In this document: one piece after another, positions 12,401-25,200 of the stretch
How the letters are laid out: the number at the start of each line of letters is the position of its first letter
Position numbering within the stretch: position 1 is the first letter of the stretch
DNA from: Somniosus microcephalus
Lineage: Eukaryota
Direction: 5' to 3'
DNA length: 64,000 nt
Assembly: GCA_052327205.1 (NCBI GenBank)
Contig: CM126204.1
Location: 38,316,001 to 38,380,000 of the forward strand
Made by a program: the position numbers and the translations under genes
The notes under the pieces: generated by a model
Told to the model about the DNA's origin: nothing
Database searches by the model: none
Seen by the model: only the letters and a program-made list of their open reading frames with translations

Positions 12401-15400
12401 AGTTTCCTTTATTTAAACTCAGGACCCTAGTCTCTGAGTCAACTACTTCACTCTCCATCTTAATGAAGAATTCTATATTATGATCGCCCTGCCCAAAGGG
12501 GCCTCGCACAACAAGATTGCTAATTAATCCTTTCTCATTATAGAATACCCAGTCTAAGATGGCCTGGTCTCTAGTTGGTTCCTCGACATATTGGTCCAGG
12601 AAACCATCTCGTATACACTCCAGGAATTCCTCCTCCACAGTATTGTTACTAATTTGGTTAGCCCAATCTATATGTAGATTAAAGTCACCCATGATAACTG
12701 CTGTGCCCTTATTGCACGCGTCTCTAATTTCCCGTTTAATGCCATCCCCAACCTCCGCATTACTGTGTGGGGGTCTGTATACCACTGCCACTAATGTTTT
12801 CTGCCCCTTGGTATTTCTCAGTTCTACCCATACAGATTCCACATCATCAGAGCTAATAACCTTCCTTACAATTGTGTTAATCCCCTCCTTAACCAGCAAT
12901 GCTACCTCACCTCCTTTTCCTTTTTGCCCGTCTTTCCTGAATATTGAATACCCCTGAATGTTGAGTTCCCAGCCTTGGTCACCCTGGAGCCAAGTTTCCG
13001 TAATCCCAGTCATATCATATCAGTTTACCTCGATTTGCGCAGCTAATTCATCCACCTTATTACGAATGCTCCTCGCATTAAGACACAAAGCCTTCAGGCT
13101 TGTTTTTTTTTGTTTTTTTTTTTTAAAAACACTCTTAGGCCTTTTAGAATTATTATTTACTGTGGCCATGTCTGATTTAAACCCTTGATTTCTCCGACTG
13201 CCACCTTTGCTTTTCTCCTTCCTGTCTTTTGCTTCTATCCTTGTTTCCCTTACCTCTGTCTCCCTGCTCAGGTTCCCAACACCCTGCCATTTTAGTTTAA
13301 ACCCTCCCCCAGAGCACGAGCAAACACTCCCCCTAGGACATCGGTCTCGGTCCTACCCAGGTGCAAGCCGTCCAGTTTGTACTGGTCCCACCTCCCCCAG
13401 AGCCAGTTCTATAATAAGCAGGATAATGTTCCTGACAGATAACCACTGCCACTATTTCAGACCTGCCCCATCCCTTATGTAAAGTATTCCCAGTATACCA
13501 GATGGGATTCTGTTACTGATTGCCGTATATAAGCTGTATCTTGAAAGTAATACAAACTCCAAAATTTGGACTCCTTAACAGGGAAGAAAGGATACCTTTG
13601 CTGTGAGAATTTGCACATTCTGGCTCCAACTTGGCAGCCTACCAGGATTCTGTAATAGGATTCATGTCTGGCAGGCACCTTAGTCAACCCTGAATAAATT
13701 GGTCATCACCTGAGTGGGTTGGTTGAGAACTATTCTACTTTGAATTCAAGTAACCCTGGGAACTTTCCCTGTTTGCTATGCGGGTTTCACATTTTCTATG
13801 GTATGAGGAAAAAAAAAGAAACAAGCAAAAAATAATTTATAGAGCTGATCAATTGATTCTGGTTCTGCCTCACAGATAAAATGGTTTATTATGTATAAAG
13901 GAACAAAAATGAAGCCATCTGTCTGTAAAATACATGAAGCCTATTTTTCCTTTAAAATACAGCCGCAGACAATAGCTATTGGTACAGAAGGCTAGCTGAC
14001 TATTTTGGAAAGTTAATTTGTTTCTTTTCAGGGGCTGGGAACAGAATGGGGGGCGAGGGGGGCACAGATCCTAAGTCCCAGTCTCAACCGTGCTGAGTGG
14101 AGAACACGTTTTGGTCAATGTGACACTCACTGGAGTTTAGAAGATTGAGAGGGGATCTCATCGAAACCTATAAAATTCTGTCAGGTCTGGACAGACTAGA
14201 TGCAGGAAGGATGTTTCTGATGGCCGGGGAGTCCAGAACCAGGGGTCATAGTCTAAGGATAAGGGGTAAGCCATTTAGGACTGAAATGAGGAGGAATTTC
14301 TTCACCCAGAGAGTGGTGAACCTGTGGAATTCTCTGCCACAGAGGGCAGTGGAGGCTAGTTCATTAAATATATTCAAGAAAGAGTTGGATATATTTCTTG
14401 AGGCTAAAGGGATCAAGGGATATGGGGAAAAGGCAGGGACAGGGTACTGAATTTGGATGATCAGCCATGATCACATTGAATGGTGGAGCAGGCTCGAAGG
14501 GCCTACTCCTGCTCCTATCTTCTATGTTTCTATGAATGTGGTAGAAGCTGTAATTCAACCAGAATCAGTTGTTCATTTCGATTATTCTTCCAATAAACAG
14601 CAGTGGTATTGAAGTGATTAAACCTTTCCATAAGCTTCAGAGTCCTCAAATTTCTTAAACTGTGCAATCATACTAGACAGCAATGGATCAGCTGCCAAAA
14701 ACTGTATGTAACAAGTGAAATTAACCACCTGTAGAGATATTAACTATGAATTTGTAAAATGACTGTGCAATAAAGGATTTAAACCAGGCCTGCACTACTT
14801 CCATGGCTTTACTGATCTCGACAGAATTGAAACTCTCCATTTGTGCAAATCCATGTTCATAAGGAGGTAGATTATAAGCCAATGTCAAATTATAGAACAA
14901 TCTGCCCACCACGACTATGCCGATGCTAGATCAGATGGTGTTTCCTATTCCAACTCCATTTCCCTATCCTTTCCCCATATCCCCTCACATTCCTCCTTAT
15001 CTTAAATTGTTGTAATTTCTGCCTCAATAGCCACTTATGAACTTTGTGAATTTTTAAATCTAATTTTCCCCATTGTTCCAGTGATCATCTTAATTTTATG
15101 CCCCCCCCCCCTTTGTACCAATTCGACAACCAATTGAAATAATGTTTCACAAAGTTTTCATAATTTGAAAACCTCCACTAGATTCCCTTTTAACGTTCTC
15201 TATTGCAGTGTAAAAGCCCCACTATTTTGAGCCTTTCAAGTCATCATTCAGAATATTTACAGTTTTGTACTCATTCTTAGTTACTAGCCTAGTCGAATCT
15301 TGCATGGTTCAGATTTAAAAAAATAAAATGATGCACGTTAATGAAGCTAACTGGTTAAGTAATGGGAGGTTTGAAATAGATCCCAAATCCGTTCTGAAAA

Positions 15401-18400
15401 TGGGATTCTGCAAAAGGACAGATCCTGCACTTGCTGTGAATGCAACTTTCATTAATTTGCATACTTGAGATTAACAGCTCTGGGGCTTCCACGTATACCA
15501 TCTGGGGAAGTTTTACCATCTTGAGCTTATCTTTCATGATGGAGGTGGCTTTTGGGATGAGGGGAATTAAAACCACGGCTTTCTGGCCCAACGACACTTT
15601 CTGTAGGCTCTATAAACACCAATTTCTGCATTTCACTGAAGTTGATATTTCTCAAGAACCTCACTGCTAAATTCTGCTGGAGTGACAGTGAAGTGAAAAA
15701 CCTCCCTCGATTCTCTTACACATGCATCTGGTCAAGACAAGTCTCCCCCCCCACCAATCGGACCTTTTGCCAGTATTGGTGCTGACACTGACAGACACTC
15801 GTGGGGGCAGAAAACAAAGGGGAACAAGGAGTCTTTATTGCTGTACAAAGACACTGCACGAATATAAGAGCAGGTGATCAATGAAAAAGAAAAAACAAAT
15901 GTACCTTTGTCTGTGCGAAGACGTTTGAATGAGTCGGTTTTCGACAATCCTTGGTCACAGATTACTTTCGAGCCTAGTTTGACCGTCAAATCTATCGACC
16001 GGTAGCCTTGAGGGAGTTTACGGTCATACAGGAGAGTTAACAGCTGGGCTAGTGTCACCTCTGCTGGCAGTGGTTGACCTAAGAAACATCATCATGAGGT
16101 TACTTCGAGACATCTAATCAATTATTAAATTGATGATTTTAACATTCAAGGGACATAATGCCTCTGTCAACACATTTACAACTCCTAAACCAGAAGATTA
16201 CACATCTATAAGCTTGTACCAAATGAAAATACAATATGCTTACTAATCTATCAGCATGGAATAAATATAAACAAATAGCCACTTGAACAGGCAGACACAG
16301 TCTCAGTTTAATTTCTCATCTGAAGGACGCCATTTCAGACAATGCAGCTCTCTCAGTAATGAACTAAAGCGTTAGCCTAGATTAAGTGCTCAAGTACTGG
16401 TGAGTGGCTCAAGCTCAGTTTTGATACAGGCTCAAACTAAATGGGTATTGGTAGTGTAGTGGTTATGTTACTGGATTAGTAATCCAGAGGCCTGGACAAT
16501 AACCCAGAGAACAGTTCAAATGGCAGTTTGAGACTCTGAATTCAGTTTTTTTTTTTTTTTTTAAATCTGGGAAATAAAATGCTAGTATTAGTAAAAATGA
16601 CCATGAAGCCGTTTGGGTTGTCGGAAAAACCTAACTGCTTCAGTGATGTCCTTTAAAGAAGGAAATCTGCAGTCCTCTTTGTGATTCCAGTCCCACACCA
16701 ATAACTGTTAAATGCCTTCTGAAGTGGCCTAGCTCAGTTGCAGCACTACAAAGAATAACAAGAATAAACCCAGACAGACCACTCGGCTGCAACATAGGCA
16801 TGGAGTCAGGAAATGACGGAGGCACACCCAGTCCTCCTTACATCTGGGGACTGGTGCCACAGTTGAGATCTGTCCCACAGACTAGTCAAGCAATTCAATT
16901 AAATACATTAAAATACCAGTTGGGGAGGAGCTCGTAAAACAGCAGCCATACAGGTCGGCGCTGATGTCACAAGCAACAGCCTGATATAGGCATATTCGCA
17001 GAAGCATACCCATCAGCTCCTCCAATACCATCCCTGGGTGCCTTTTCCACCATTATAGTGAGGGGAAAACATAGGGCCTTTCTTGATGTCAGGCCTGGAC
17101 AGACTAGATGCAGGAAGGATGTCTCTGATGGCCGGGGAGTCCAGAACCAGGGGTCATAGTCTAAGGATAAGGGGTAAGCCATTTAGGACTGAAATGAGGA
17201 GGAATTTCTTCACCCAGAGAGTGGTGAACCTGTGGAATTCTCTGCCACAGAGGGCGGTGGAGGCCAGTTCACTAAATATATTCAAGAAAGAGTTGGAAAT
17301 ATTTCTTAAGGCTAAAGGGATCAAGGGATATGGGGAGAAGGCAGGGACCAGGTACTGAATTTGGATGATCAGCCATGATCTCATTGAATGGCGGAGCAGG
17401 CTCGAAGGGCCGAATGGCCTACTCCTGCTCCTAACTTCTGTGTTCTATGAAAGATGGGCCAAATGACCTTCCTCACTTGTAAATCAGCTTGTGATAAATG
17501 CTTCGATAGTGGAGGTTGCAATTTACAGTAAATTACTACTTTGAGTATTAATCCTCTACTAGCATTTACTCACCTGGTAAAAGTTTGTGGTACAGATGGA
17601 ACACAGGGACACTAATTGTTTTGTTAACAGATTCTGTAGATGAGGAAGCAGTTGCCAACTTATCGGTCATCACTCTCCCTCTTCTAGATGGCGGTCGTGG
17701 GGGAGTAGATGAAACAGCTCTCTTCGACTGGGATTTCAGCCCTGATAAAGTATGATACAGTGTAAGCCCAGTCATAAATGCTCAAAATAAATGTCCGCCA
17801 CTTAGCTTGACAGAAAGCAGACATGTGGACACATTTTGCACAAGAAGGAACCCCACTGTCTGACGATATTAGTGACGCTGGGTTCAAATCTACTGAAAAC
17901 TTTCAAAGTTAGTGAGGTGGCAAGTTAATGTTTGAGCACACAGAAAAGCAGGCAGTCAGAAAGCAGCATAACGCGCGACTATATATCTTTCACGGATGGA
18001 TCTTGAAAAATTACTGCAAAGCCCAAATTAATATCTGATGTGTTTAGACAATGCCTTTAATAGAGCCATTCAAGAATACCTCCTTCCCAGCAGAGTCACA
18101 GAGCAACCTACCAGAGAGGAGACACAAATTAGTGGCATCTATAGATGATGAGAAATTGAAGTTTAAAATAAAAAGTAAATGCCAGACTACTGTTTTATGC
18201 CTCCCAATTTAAAATGAAGCAATACTTTGAACAAGAAAGATGTTCCCTTAGACTTTCACTCTATTTAAGCTTAGCAATACACTTCATGATATTCACATAA
18301 GTAACGAGAAACCAGTTTTAGCCAGCCTTCACTGTGTCAGCTTGCTGTTACTGGAATACATTCAGGTGAGTAGGGTTACTTCTGGAAGATTAATTCAGGA

Positions 18401-21400
18401 TCCAGCTTTTGTTAATCTTACTAACGCACTATGTTGCGCAGCAAAAAAACACACCCTGGTGGTGAATTCAAGTATGTAAACAGAAAAGTACGGACTGCAC
18501 TGGCTTTGAACGCCATGTAAACATTGTATGTGAAGCACATCCAGAAAGTTTTAACCTAGATCCTAGTGGGCATGACTATGCAGCACAAAACTGGAGGGGG
18601 AGGGTGAACAGCAAGCTGTCGTGGTGCATATAGGTATCAACGATATAGGTAAAAACCTGGATGAGGTCCTAAAAGCTGAATATAGGGAGTTAGGAGGTAA
18701 ATTAAAAAATAGGATCTCAGGATTGCTACCAGTGCTAGTCAGAGTAGAAATAGAAGGATATTGCAGATAAATACGTGGCTAGAGGAATGGTGCAAGGGGG
18801 GGGAGGGATTCAAATTCCTGGGACATTGGAACCGGTTCTGGGGGAGGTGGGACTCGTACAAACTGGACAGTTTGCACCTGGGCAGGACCGGGACCGATGT
18901 CCTCGGGGGAGTGTTTGCTAGTGCTGTTGTGGAGGGTTTAAACTAAAATGGCACGGGGTTGGGAACCTGTGCAGGGAGACAGAGGAAAGGGAAGCAAGGA
19001 TAGAAGCAAAAGACAGGAAGGAGAAAAGCAAAAGTGGAAGGCAGAGAAATCAAGTGTGTAAATCAAACAGGGCCACAGTAAACAATAATTCTAAAAGGAC
19101 TAAGTTTTTAAAAAACAAGCCTGAAGGCTTTGTGTCTTAATACGAGGAGCATTCGTAATAAGGTGGATGAATTAGCTGCACAAATAGATGTAAACGGATA
19201 GGATATAATTGGGATTACGGAGACATGGCTCCAGGGTGACCAAGGCTGGGAATTCAACATCCAGGGGTATTCAATATTCAGGAAAGACAGGCAAAAAGGA
19301 AAAGCAGGTGGGGTAGCATTGCTGGTTAAAGAGGAGATTAACAAGAGTAAGGAAGGATATTAGCTCTGATGATGTGGAATCTGTATGGGTAGAGCTGAGA
19401 AATACCAAGGGGCAGAAAACGTTAGTGGGAGCTGTATACAGACCCCCAAACAGTAATGCTGAGGTTGGCGATAACATTAAACAGGAAATTAGAGACGCGT
19501 GCAATAAGGGCACAGCAGCCACCATGGGTGACTAATTTACATATGAATTGGGCTAACCAAATTAGTAACAATACTGTGGAGGAGGAATTCCTAGCGTGTA
19601 TACGGGATGGTTTCCTAGACCATTATGTTGAGGAACCAACTAGAGATCAGGCCATCTTAGACTGGGTATTATGTAATGAGAAAGGATTGATTAGCAATCT
19701 TGCACGAGGCCCCTTGGGGAGGAGCGATCATAATATGATAGAATTCTTCATTAAGATGGAGAGTGAAGTAGTTGACTTGGAGACTAGGGTCCTGAATTTA
19801 AATAAAGGAAACTACGATGGTATGAGGCGCGAGTTGGCTAGGATGGATTGGGGAACGTTACTTAAAGGGTTGACGGTGGATAGACAATGGCAAACATTTA
19901 AAGATCGCATGGATGAACTACAGAATTTGTTCATCCCTGTCTGGCATAAAAAACAAAAAAGGTGGTGCAACCGTGGCTAACAAGGGAAATTAGGGATAGC
20001 ATAAAATCCAAGGAGAGGACATATAAATTGGCCAGAAAAAGCAGCAAATCTGAGGACTGGGAGCAGTTTAGGATTCAGCAAAGGAGGACAAAAGGATTAA
20101 CTAAGAGGGGGGGAAATAGAGTATAAGTAAGCTTGCAGGGAACATAAAAACTGACTGTAAAAGTTTCTATAGATATGTGAAGAGAAAAAGATTGGTGAAG
20201 TCAAGCATAGGTCCATTGCAGTCAGAATCAGGGGAATTTCTAACTGGGAACAAAGAAATGGCTGACCCATTAAATACATACTTCGGTTCTGTCTTCACAA
20301 AGGAGGACGCAAATAACCTCCCAGAGATGTCGGGGAACATAGGGTCTAATGAGATGGAGGGAGGGAGGAACTGAAAGAAATCAGTATTTGTAGGGAAATG
20401 GTGTTAGAGAAATTGACGGGATTGAAGGCTGATAAATCCCCAGGGCCTGATAATCTACATCCTAGGGTACTTAAGGAAGTGGCCCTAGAAACAGTAGATG
20501 CATTGCTGGTCATCTTCCAAAATTCTATAGACTCTGGCACAGTTCCCATGGATTGGAGGGTAGCTAATGTAACCCCACTATTTAAAAAAGGTGGTAGAGA
20601 GAAAATGGGGAATTATAGACCGGTAAGTCTGACATCAGTAGTGGGGAAAATGCTAGAGTCCATTATAAAAGATGTAATAGCAGAGCACTTGGAAAACAGG
20701 GACAGGATGGGACAAAGTCAACATGGATTTACAAAAGGTAAATCGTGCTTGACTAAGCTACTGGAATTTTTTGAGGATGTAACTAGTAGAATAGATCAGG
20801 GAGAACCAGTGGATGGGATGTATTTGGACTTTCAGAAGGCTTTCGATAAGGTCCCACATAAGAGATTAGCATGCAAAGTTAAAGCACATGGGATTGGGGC
20901 TAAGGTACTGACTTGGATAGAGAACTGGTTGGCAGACAGGAAGCAAAGAGTTGGAATAAACGGGTCTTTTTCCGAGTGGCAGGCAGTGCCCAGTGGGGTA
21001 CCGCAAGGCGACACAAAGCCAGGTGGGCGTGTGTGCTGTGGGGAGGATGACAAGAAACTCCAGTATGATTTGAACAGGTTGGGTGATTATACTGCATCTG
21101 CCCAATGTGGATAAATGCGAGGTTATCCACTTTGGTGGCAAAAACAGGAAGGTAGATTATCTGAACGGCAATAGATTGGGAGAAGGGGAAGTGCAACGAG
21201 ACCTGGGTGTCCTTGTGCACCAGTCGCTGAAGGTAAGCGTGCAGGTGCAGCAGGCGGTTAAGGCGGCAAATGGTATGTTGGCCTTCATAGCGAGAGGATT
21301 GGAGTACAGGAGCAAGGATGTCTTGCTGCAGTTGTACAGGGCCTTGGTGAGACCACACCTTGAGTATTGTGTGCAGTTTTGGTCACCTTATCTGAGGAAG

Positions 21401-22182
21401 GATGTTCTTGCCATGGAGGGAGTGCAGCGAAGATTCACCAGACTGATATCTGGGATGGCAGGAATGATGTATGAGGAGAGATTGGGTCGATTGGGCTTAT
21501 ATTCGTTGGAGTTTAGAAGAATGAGAAGGGGTCTCATTGAAACTTATAAAATTCTAACAACAGGACTTGACAGACTAGATGGAGGAAGGATGTTCCCGAT
21601 GGCAGGGGAATCCAGGACCAGGGGTCACAGTCTAAAGATAAGAGGTAAGCCATTTAGGACAGAGATGAAGAGGAATTTCTTCACCCAGAGAGTGGTGAAC
21701 CTGTGGAATTCTCTACCACAAAAGACAGTTGAGGCCAATTCATTAAATATATTCAAGAAGGAGTTGGATATATTTCTTAAGGCTAAAGGGATCAAGGGAT
21801 AGGGGGAGAAGGCAGGGACAGGGTACTGAATTTGGATGATTAGCCATGATCTCATTAAATGGCAGAGCAGGCTCGAGGGGCCGAATGGCCTACTCCTATC
21901 TTCTATGTTTCTATGTTTATCCATATGACAGAAAATAATCAGAAGTCACCAGAATGGCTGGTGTGGAAAATGGAAAACGGAGGGGGCAGGGAGGAAATGT
22001 CACACTGATGCAGAAAGCATCAGAGATTGATGATAAAGTAAGTTGTTCCAGCAGAGGACAGGGCACTTTGTTGCACACCTGGCTGTGGTACACTTGATGC
22101 CAACACTGGGTGCCTGAAATGGCGACGTGTTCCATTACTCAGCATCCACATTTCTCGTCTTGAGAACAATTATTATTATTGT

Positions 22183-22226
<44 letters not shown>

Positions 22227-25200
22227 GGTGGGTGGAGTGCGTAGGAAGCCAAATAATGACCAGGTGACTTGTGTGGCACTGAAGTGACCTACACCTCTCC
22301 AGACAACAGTGGGCATCAGCAAGGGATCAACTGCACCAATGGTCTCCATATTCACCTGCAATTGAAACTCAAATGTCTATAGTGGAACAATCTCAGACTA
22401 TATAAGGATCAATCCGGAAAAGATTATCTGCAGAATAACTGGATTAGTCAACTTGGCTATTTTATTCTTTTACTTCTCTCCCCTCCCCCATGACAAAACT
22501 GGGATCTACAAATCTCATTATATTTGAGGAGCACCAAAACTGTAAAGCAGTCCACATTAATATAATGCAGATAATCTGTTTTAACAGCACCAGCCACCAC
22601 ATTTTTCAAATGAACTCCATCCTCTCCCACTGCATCCATTTGGACAGCCTAAAATAACCTTCCATCGGAACAAAAGATTATAGAAATAATATGTATTTAA
22701 TCTGCCACAGTACAAATATTTCATAATTAGCTTGATTATTCTGTATTCTAAAAGCAATTAAAAAGCAACTGAATCTTTCTCTATGATTATGTGAAGAGAT
22801 TGCCATTAGCTGGAGTGGAGTTCAGTTACAAAACAATGAAGCAGCATATACAGAACTGGGTGAGCACAGATGTATCACAAACATTCATTACCAGAAGCAA
22901 CAACAACACTGTAGTTGTCTTGGAAGCCATTATCACTCTTCAACTTGTCTTTCTCCTCTTGGTTCCTTTTCTCCTTTTCTTCCTTTTGTTCGCTGATTAA
23001 TTTAGCAGTGATACTTGGTGTATCTAATGTGCAAAAAATACATAGGGCGCAAATACATACATGTCAAGGGCAAATACTCCAAACAAAACATTAAAATAAT
23101 CCTCCCTTCTATTTCCAGTTCCTGATGAGAATGGTCTCTCCTAATAACCAAACATACATGAGTTACTGAGCCATGAATAATATTGTATGCAGACACACCC
23201 TTTCACTACCATTTTACTTTATTAACCGTCCTTGACTCGTGTTGAGGTTCAAGGCCGATGCATCATTATAGTAAGCTTTTATGCACCAGTTTGGTACTCA
23301 CTTAACATAGCTACTCACATAATTTGAAAGCAACAGTAAGGTGCGAAGAACAGTTTATTCATTCAAGGTTCTGCAAGATGGGTAATTTATCAGAGAAACA
23401 CAGGCTACTAACAAACTGTACACAATATTTGCTGAATCTGTCAGCTACAATAGCTACTGCTAAAATTTGTAACATTAACTATACAGAGACTGACCTTGAT
23501 GGCTGAATTAATGTATCCAGTAATTTTTTTCCTCATTAAATGTCAATTAGAAATGGATTCTTCAGTAATTCTCTGCCACAATTTTAGGAGACTTTGAAAA
23601 TGCTAATTTAACACTCCCAAATTTTAAAATGAAAAGTGCTTCAGGTCCAGATCGATAACTAAATAGGCCAAGGTTTTTTGTCATATTTGCCAGCCTGTGA
23701 AATTCAAAGTTCTCAAATAGTATCTTATAGCTAGATCAGGGTTGACCATTATTATCTATTTTTTGGCAAAGCATTTAAACCCAGTTTGCAGCAATATACC
23801 AAATGAAAATTAACAACTTAATTGCACTCCAACTATGGCCAACTGCCACTGGCCGACTATAGCTTTAAATTCCAGTTGAATTTCACATCTCTTTTAGAAT
23901 ATTCAGTTTTCTCTTTAACTTAAGTATGCAACCCATCAGAAGTAAACGTGTACATAACAAAGAATAATCCTCAATCTTGTACACTGTGTATGAAATATAT
24001 CAACAGATGGTACCTCCTATCATTTCATTATAATCTTGTCCACTATTTTAACTCCAGAAAAATGTCGACATTAATGCTAAAGCTCTCCATCAATACTGGA
24101 CCCTAAATGCCGCAAATTATTATGCATGAATTCATATCATGGTATTTCAAAGTTTTTGGAACATGAATGTCCAGGAAATCAATTAATATTCTGACTGAAA
24201 CGGTTTCCAATAAATTTTACTTTTCAAAAGGGCAGATTCAATACTTCAAGCACCGTCTATGGGGGTCACAGATTGCGCATGAACACCATTAAATCTGTGC
24301 AGAAAAGATGAAATGATGAAAAATTTACTAGATTAGGTTTCAATACAAGGTTTGCAAACCTACCTGATACACGGTCCAAAACCTCTGCCAACGTGGTTGA
24401 AATTGGCAAATGAAGGGTGCGATATTTATGTCCAGCTCCATACATGGGATGTTGGATCACATGGCTAGTTGCATTAATTCTGCCTTTATACAGCTAAAAG
24501 GGGAAAAAAAAGTAGATGGATAAATAAAGAACTGTGGCGCATCACAAAAAACTGTGTTCAGAGGATATGCAGAAATACATCAAAGTTACAACTTGGAAAC
24601 TAGTCCATGTCGGTACTTACCCGCCATGCGAGCAAATAGTTACAATTGCATTTAACCATCCTGTTCCTATTTTTCAACCTCTTTTTTCATCCCCCTATCC
24701 AATCTAATCTTGAATGTTGACAATTTCCTCAACTACTAAACCTGGAAGTGAATCCCACAACCTCTCAACTGTGTATGAAGAGCTTTCTCCTGCCCTTTAT
24801 TCTAAATCTCTTGCATTCAATCTCGTGCCTACGGTCCCTCATTCTGGACCCCTGAACTACTGGAAACAGTCCGCTTCTTTCTACCCTGTCCCATCCCTTC
24901 TATTACATTGCCCTGCAATCTACACCATTCTCACAAAAAATTCCCAACTTTATCAACACTTAAGTTACAAGGCTGTAAACTGAAGGGCTCTTATAGTTTG
25001 TCATTCGTCCTGAGGTGCGAAGTTACAATTACTTTTTGTGCGTGTTTGTTGCTGTTAACCTCTTGTTTCCAGGTGTGACTGTGCATTTCCAACACGTGTG
25101 TTTGTATTGAGGAATAGAGTGTGCTGACTGCAACTCTGTCACTGATCCAGAGGTGCTGAATCAAGGTCAGAACATTGTGGCTGGCATGACGCTGAAGGTG

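Noticed and set aside
10415-13013. CR1 ORFs (359, 307, 144 aa) as an active retrotransposon or host gene
   Set aside because: ORF2 is split by frameshifts and the element is 5'-truncated; annotated as a mobile element.
24614-24670. Strong donor-like CGG|GTAAGT near exon Z
   Set aside because: It sits at the edge of a decayed LINE-like stretch with no pyrimidine-rich acceptor upstream.
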